Below, in pieces: positions 60,687 to 61,845 of a DNA stretch of 61,845 bases (position 1 is the first letter of the stretch; each line of letters starts with the position of its first letter). Source of the DNA: Chitinophagaceae bacterium (GTDB lineage Bacteria > Bacteroidota > Bacteroidia > Chitinophagales > Chitinophagaceae); contig JBPPMM010000719.1 in assembly GCA_051306075.1 (NCBI GenBank), positions 1 through 61,845 of the forward strand, given 5' to 3'. The notes beneath the pieces are model-generated. The model made no database searches, was not told where the DNA came from, and saw nothing but the letters and a program-made list of their open reading frames with translations. A program made the position numbers and the translations under genes.

Positions 60687-60746
60687 AGTTTTCATAGGGT
60701 ACGGATTAAAAACGGGCCAGGGTTTCTACCCAGGCCCTAAATTTTT
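60687..60746 (+). ncRNA. Candidate ~60-nt small RNA
   Basis: TTTG-N19-TACCTTTA promoter-like element, short ORF-less region, hairpin GGGCC-A-GGGT-TTCT-ACCC-A-GGCCC then TAAATTTTT; opposite strand to both flanking genes. Confidence 0.4.
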
Positions 60747-60816
60747 AACTGATAATCAAATATTTATAATCAATTCTTTATAAATTAATCTTTCCCTTTC
60801 TTTGATTCCGAATTGT

Positions 60817-61455
60817 TCAGAATACCTTTAATTTTTCGAAGCTGTAACCTTCTTTTTCAAAATATCTCAAAATTAAAGGGAGAAAATACTGAAGTTTTTC
60901 AAATGCTTTCTGACTGTCATGAAAAACAATTATTGATCCTTCTCTTGCGTTTAATAATACATTTTGTAAGCATTGTTCACCTGAAATACTTTCATCAAAA
61001 TCTCCGCTTAATACATCCCACATAATAATTTTTATTTTACCATTTTGCAATGTGGATTGTAAACCTTTTGCCTGAAAATTACTAATCCTTCCATATGGGG
61101 GCCGAAACAAATTGGAGTCAATATACTTTCCCGCTTCCCGTATATCGTTGAGATATATTTTATCTTTTGTTTTCCATCCGTTATAATGATTATGGGTGTG
61201 ATTGCCTATAGCATGGCCTTCATCAATTATTCTTTTATATATGTGAGGTTCTGCAATTACATTCTTGCCAATACAAAAAAAACTCGCACTGGCATTATAC
61301 CTTTTCAACTGATCCAATACAAAGGGGGTAGCTAAAGCATTTGGGCCGTCATCAAATGTGAGAAATAGTTTTTTTTCTTTTGTGCTTATACTCCATACAT
61401 AGGAAGGAAATATTTTTTTTAACCACCAAGGAGTTTTGACAAAATACTTTTTCAT
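60817..61455 (-). CDS. Polysaccharide deacetylase (NodB/CE4)
   Basis: LTFDDGP, GNHTHNH, FRPPYG, MWDV, FHD; ATG 61455. Confidence 0.92.
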   Translation of the reverse strand: MKKYFVKTPWWLKKIFPSYVWSISTKEKKLFLTFDDGPNALATPFVLDQLKRYNASASFFCIGKNVIAEPHIYKRIIDEGHAIGNHTHNHYNGWKTKDKIYLNDIREAGKYIDSNLFRPPYGRISNFQAKGLQSTLQNGKIKIIMWDVLSGDFDESISGEQCLQNVLLNAREGSIIVFHDSQKAFEKLQYFLPLILRYFEKEGYSFEKLKVF

Positions 61456-61544
61456 AAAAAGCAAATATAGCTTTGGATAAATAATTAAGCAAAATCACGG
61501 ACCGCCCGCATCCTGGTTTTTAAGTTCTTTAATAATTCAGTAAT

Positions 61545-61552
61545 TATCTTTG
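61545..61552 (+). promoter_or_regulatory. Bacteroidota -7 element for gltX
   Basis: TATCTTTG, 6 nt before the ATG. Confidence 0.6.
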
Positions 61553-61558
61553 CAAACT

Positions 61559-61845
<287 letters not shown>

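Overview
A chromosomal segment from an AT-rich Bacteroidota genome, probably Chitinophagaceae-like. This rests on T9SS/gliding genes, TAnnTTTG promoters and a succinyl-type arg pathway. 1-26.2 kb is an accessory region, almost entirely on the minus strand. It holds three class III nucleotide cyclase-TolB-like-TPR paralogs plus a stub of a fourth, a BBE-type flavin oxidase and group I truncated haemoglobin pair, and a DUF6922/AbiEii toxin-antitoxin pair with a frameshifted toxin. It also carries secreted peptidases and amidohydrolases, three tandem DUF1624 membrane acyltransferases, a 70-bp-period REP-like array and several pseudogenes. 26.9-61.8 kb is mostly core genes: anmK, upp, porP/sprF-like, an arg operon (GNAT-argG-argC-DUF1343-argD-argF'-argB-argE-argH), bshA, envC-like, dut, ispF, porV, gldJ, murF, tauE-like, sqr, ytxJ, tRNA-Ser(GGA), tatD-like and the start of gltX. 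The top finding is an unannotated Arg-rich leader ORF (ending ...FCRPRRRPEC*) between a consensus promoter and the arg operon, with its stop codon inside a hairpin. It is a candidate ribosome-dependent arginine attenuator. Also notable are two cyclases with guanylate-type specificity residues flanking an apolar-pocket globin, a decayed porU relic, a thioredoxin pseudogene and a candidate ~60-nt sRNA. All calls come from reading the sequence and recalled family motifs; no searches were run.
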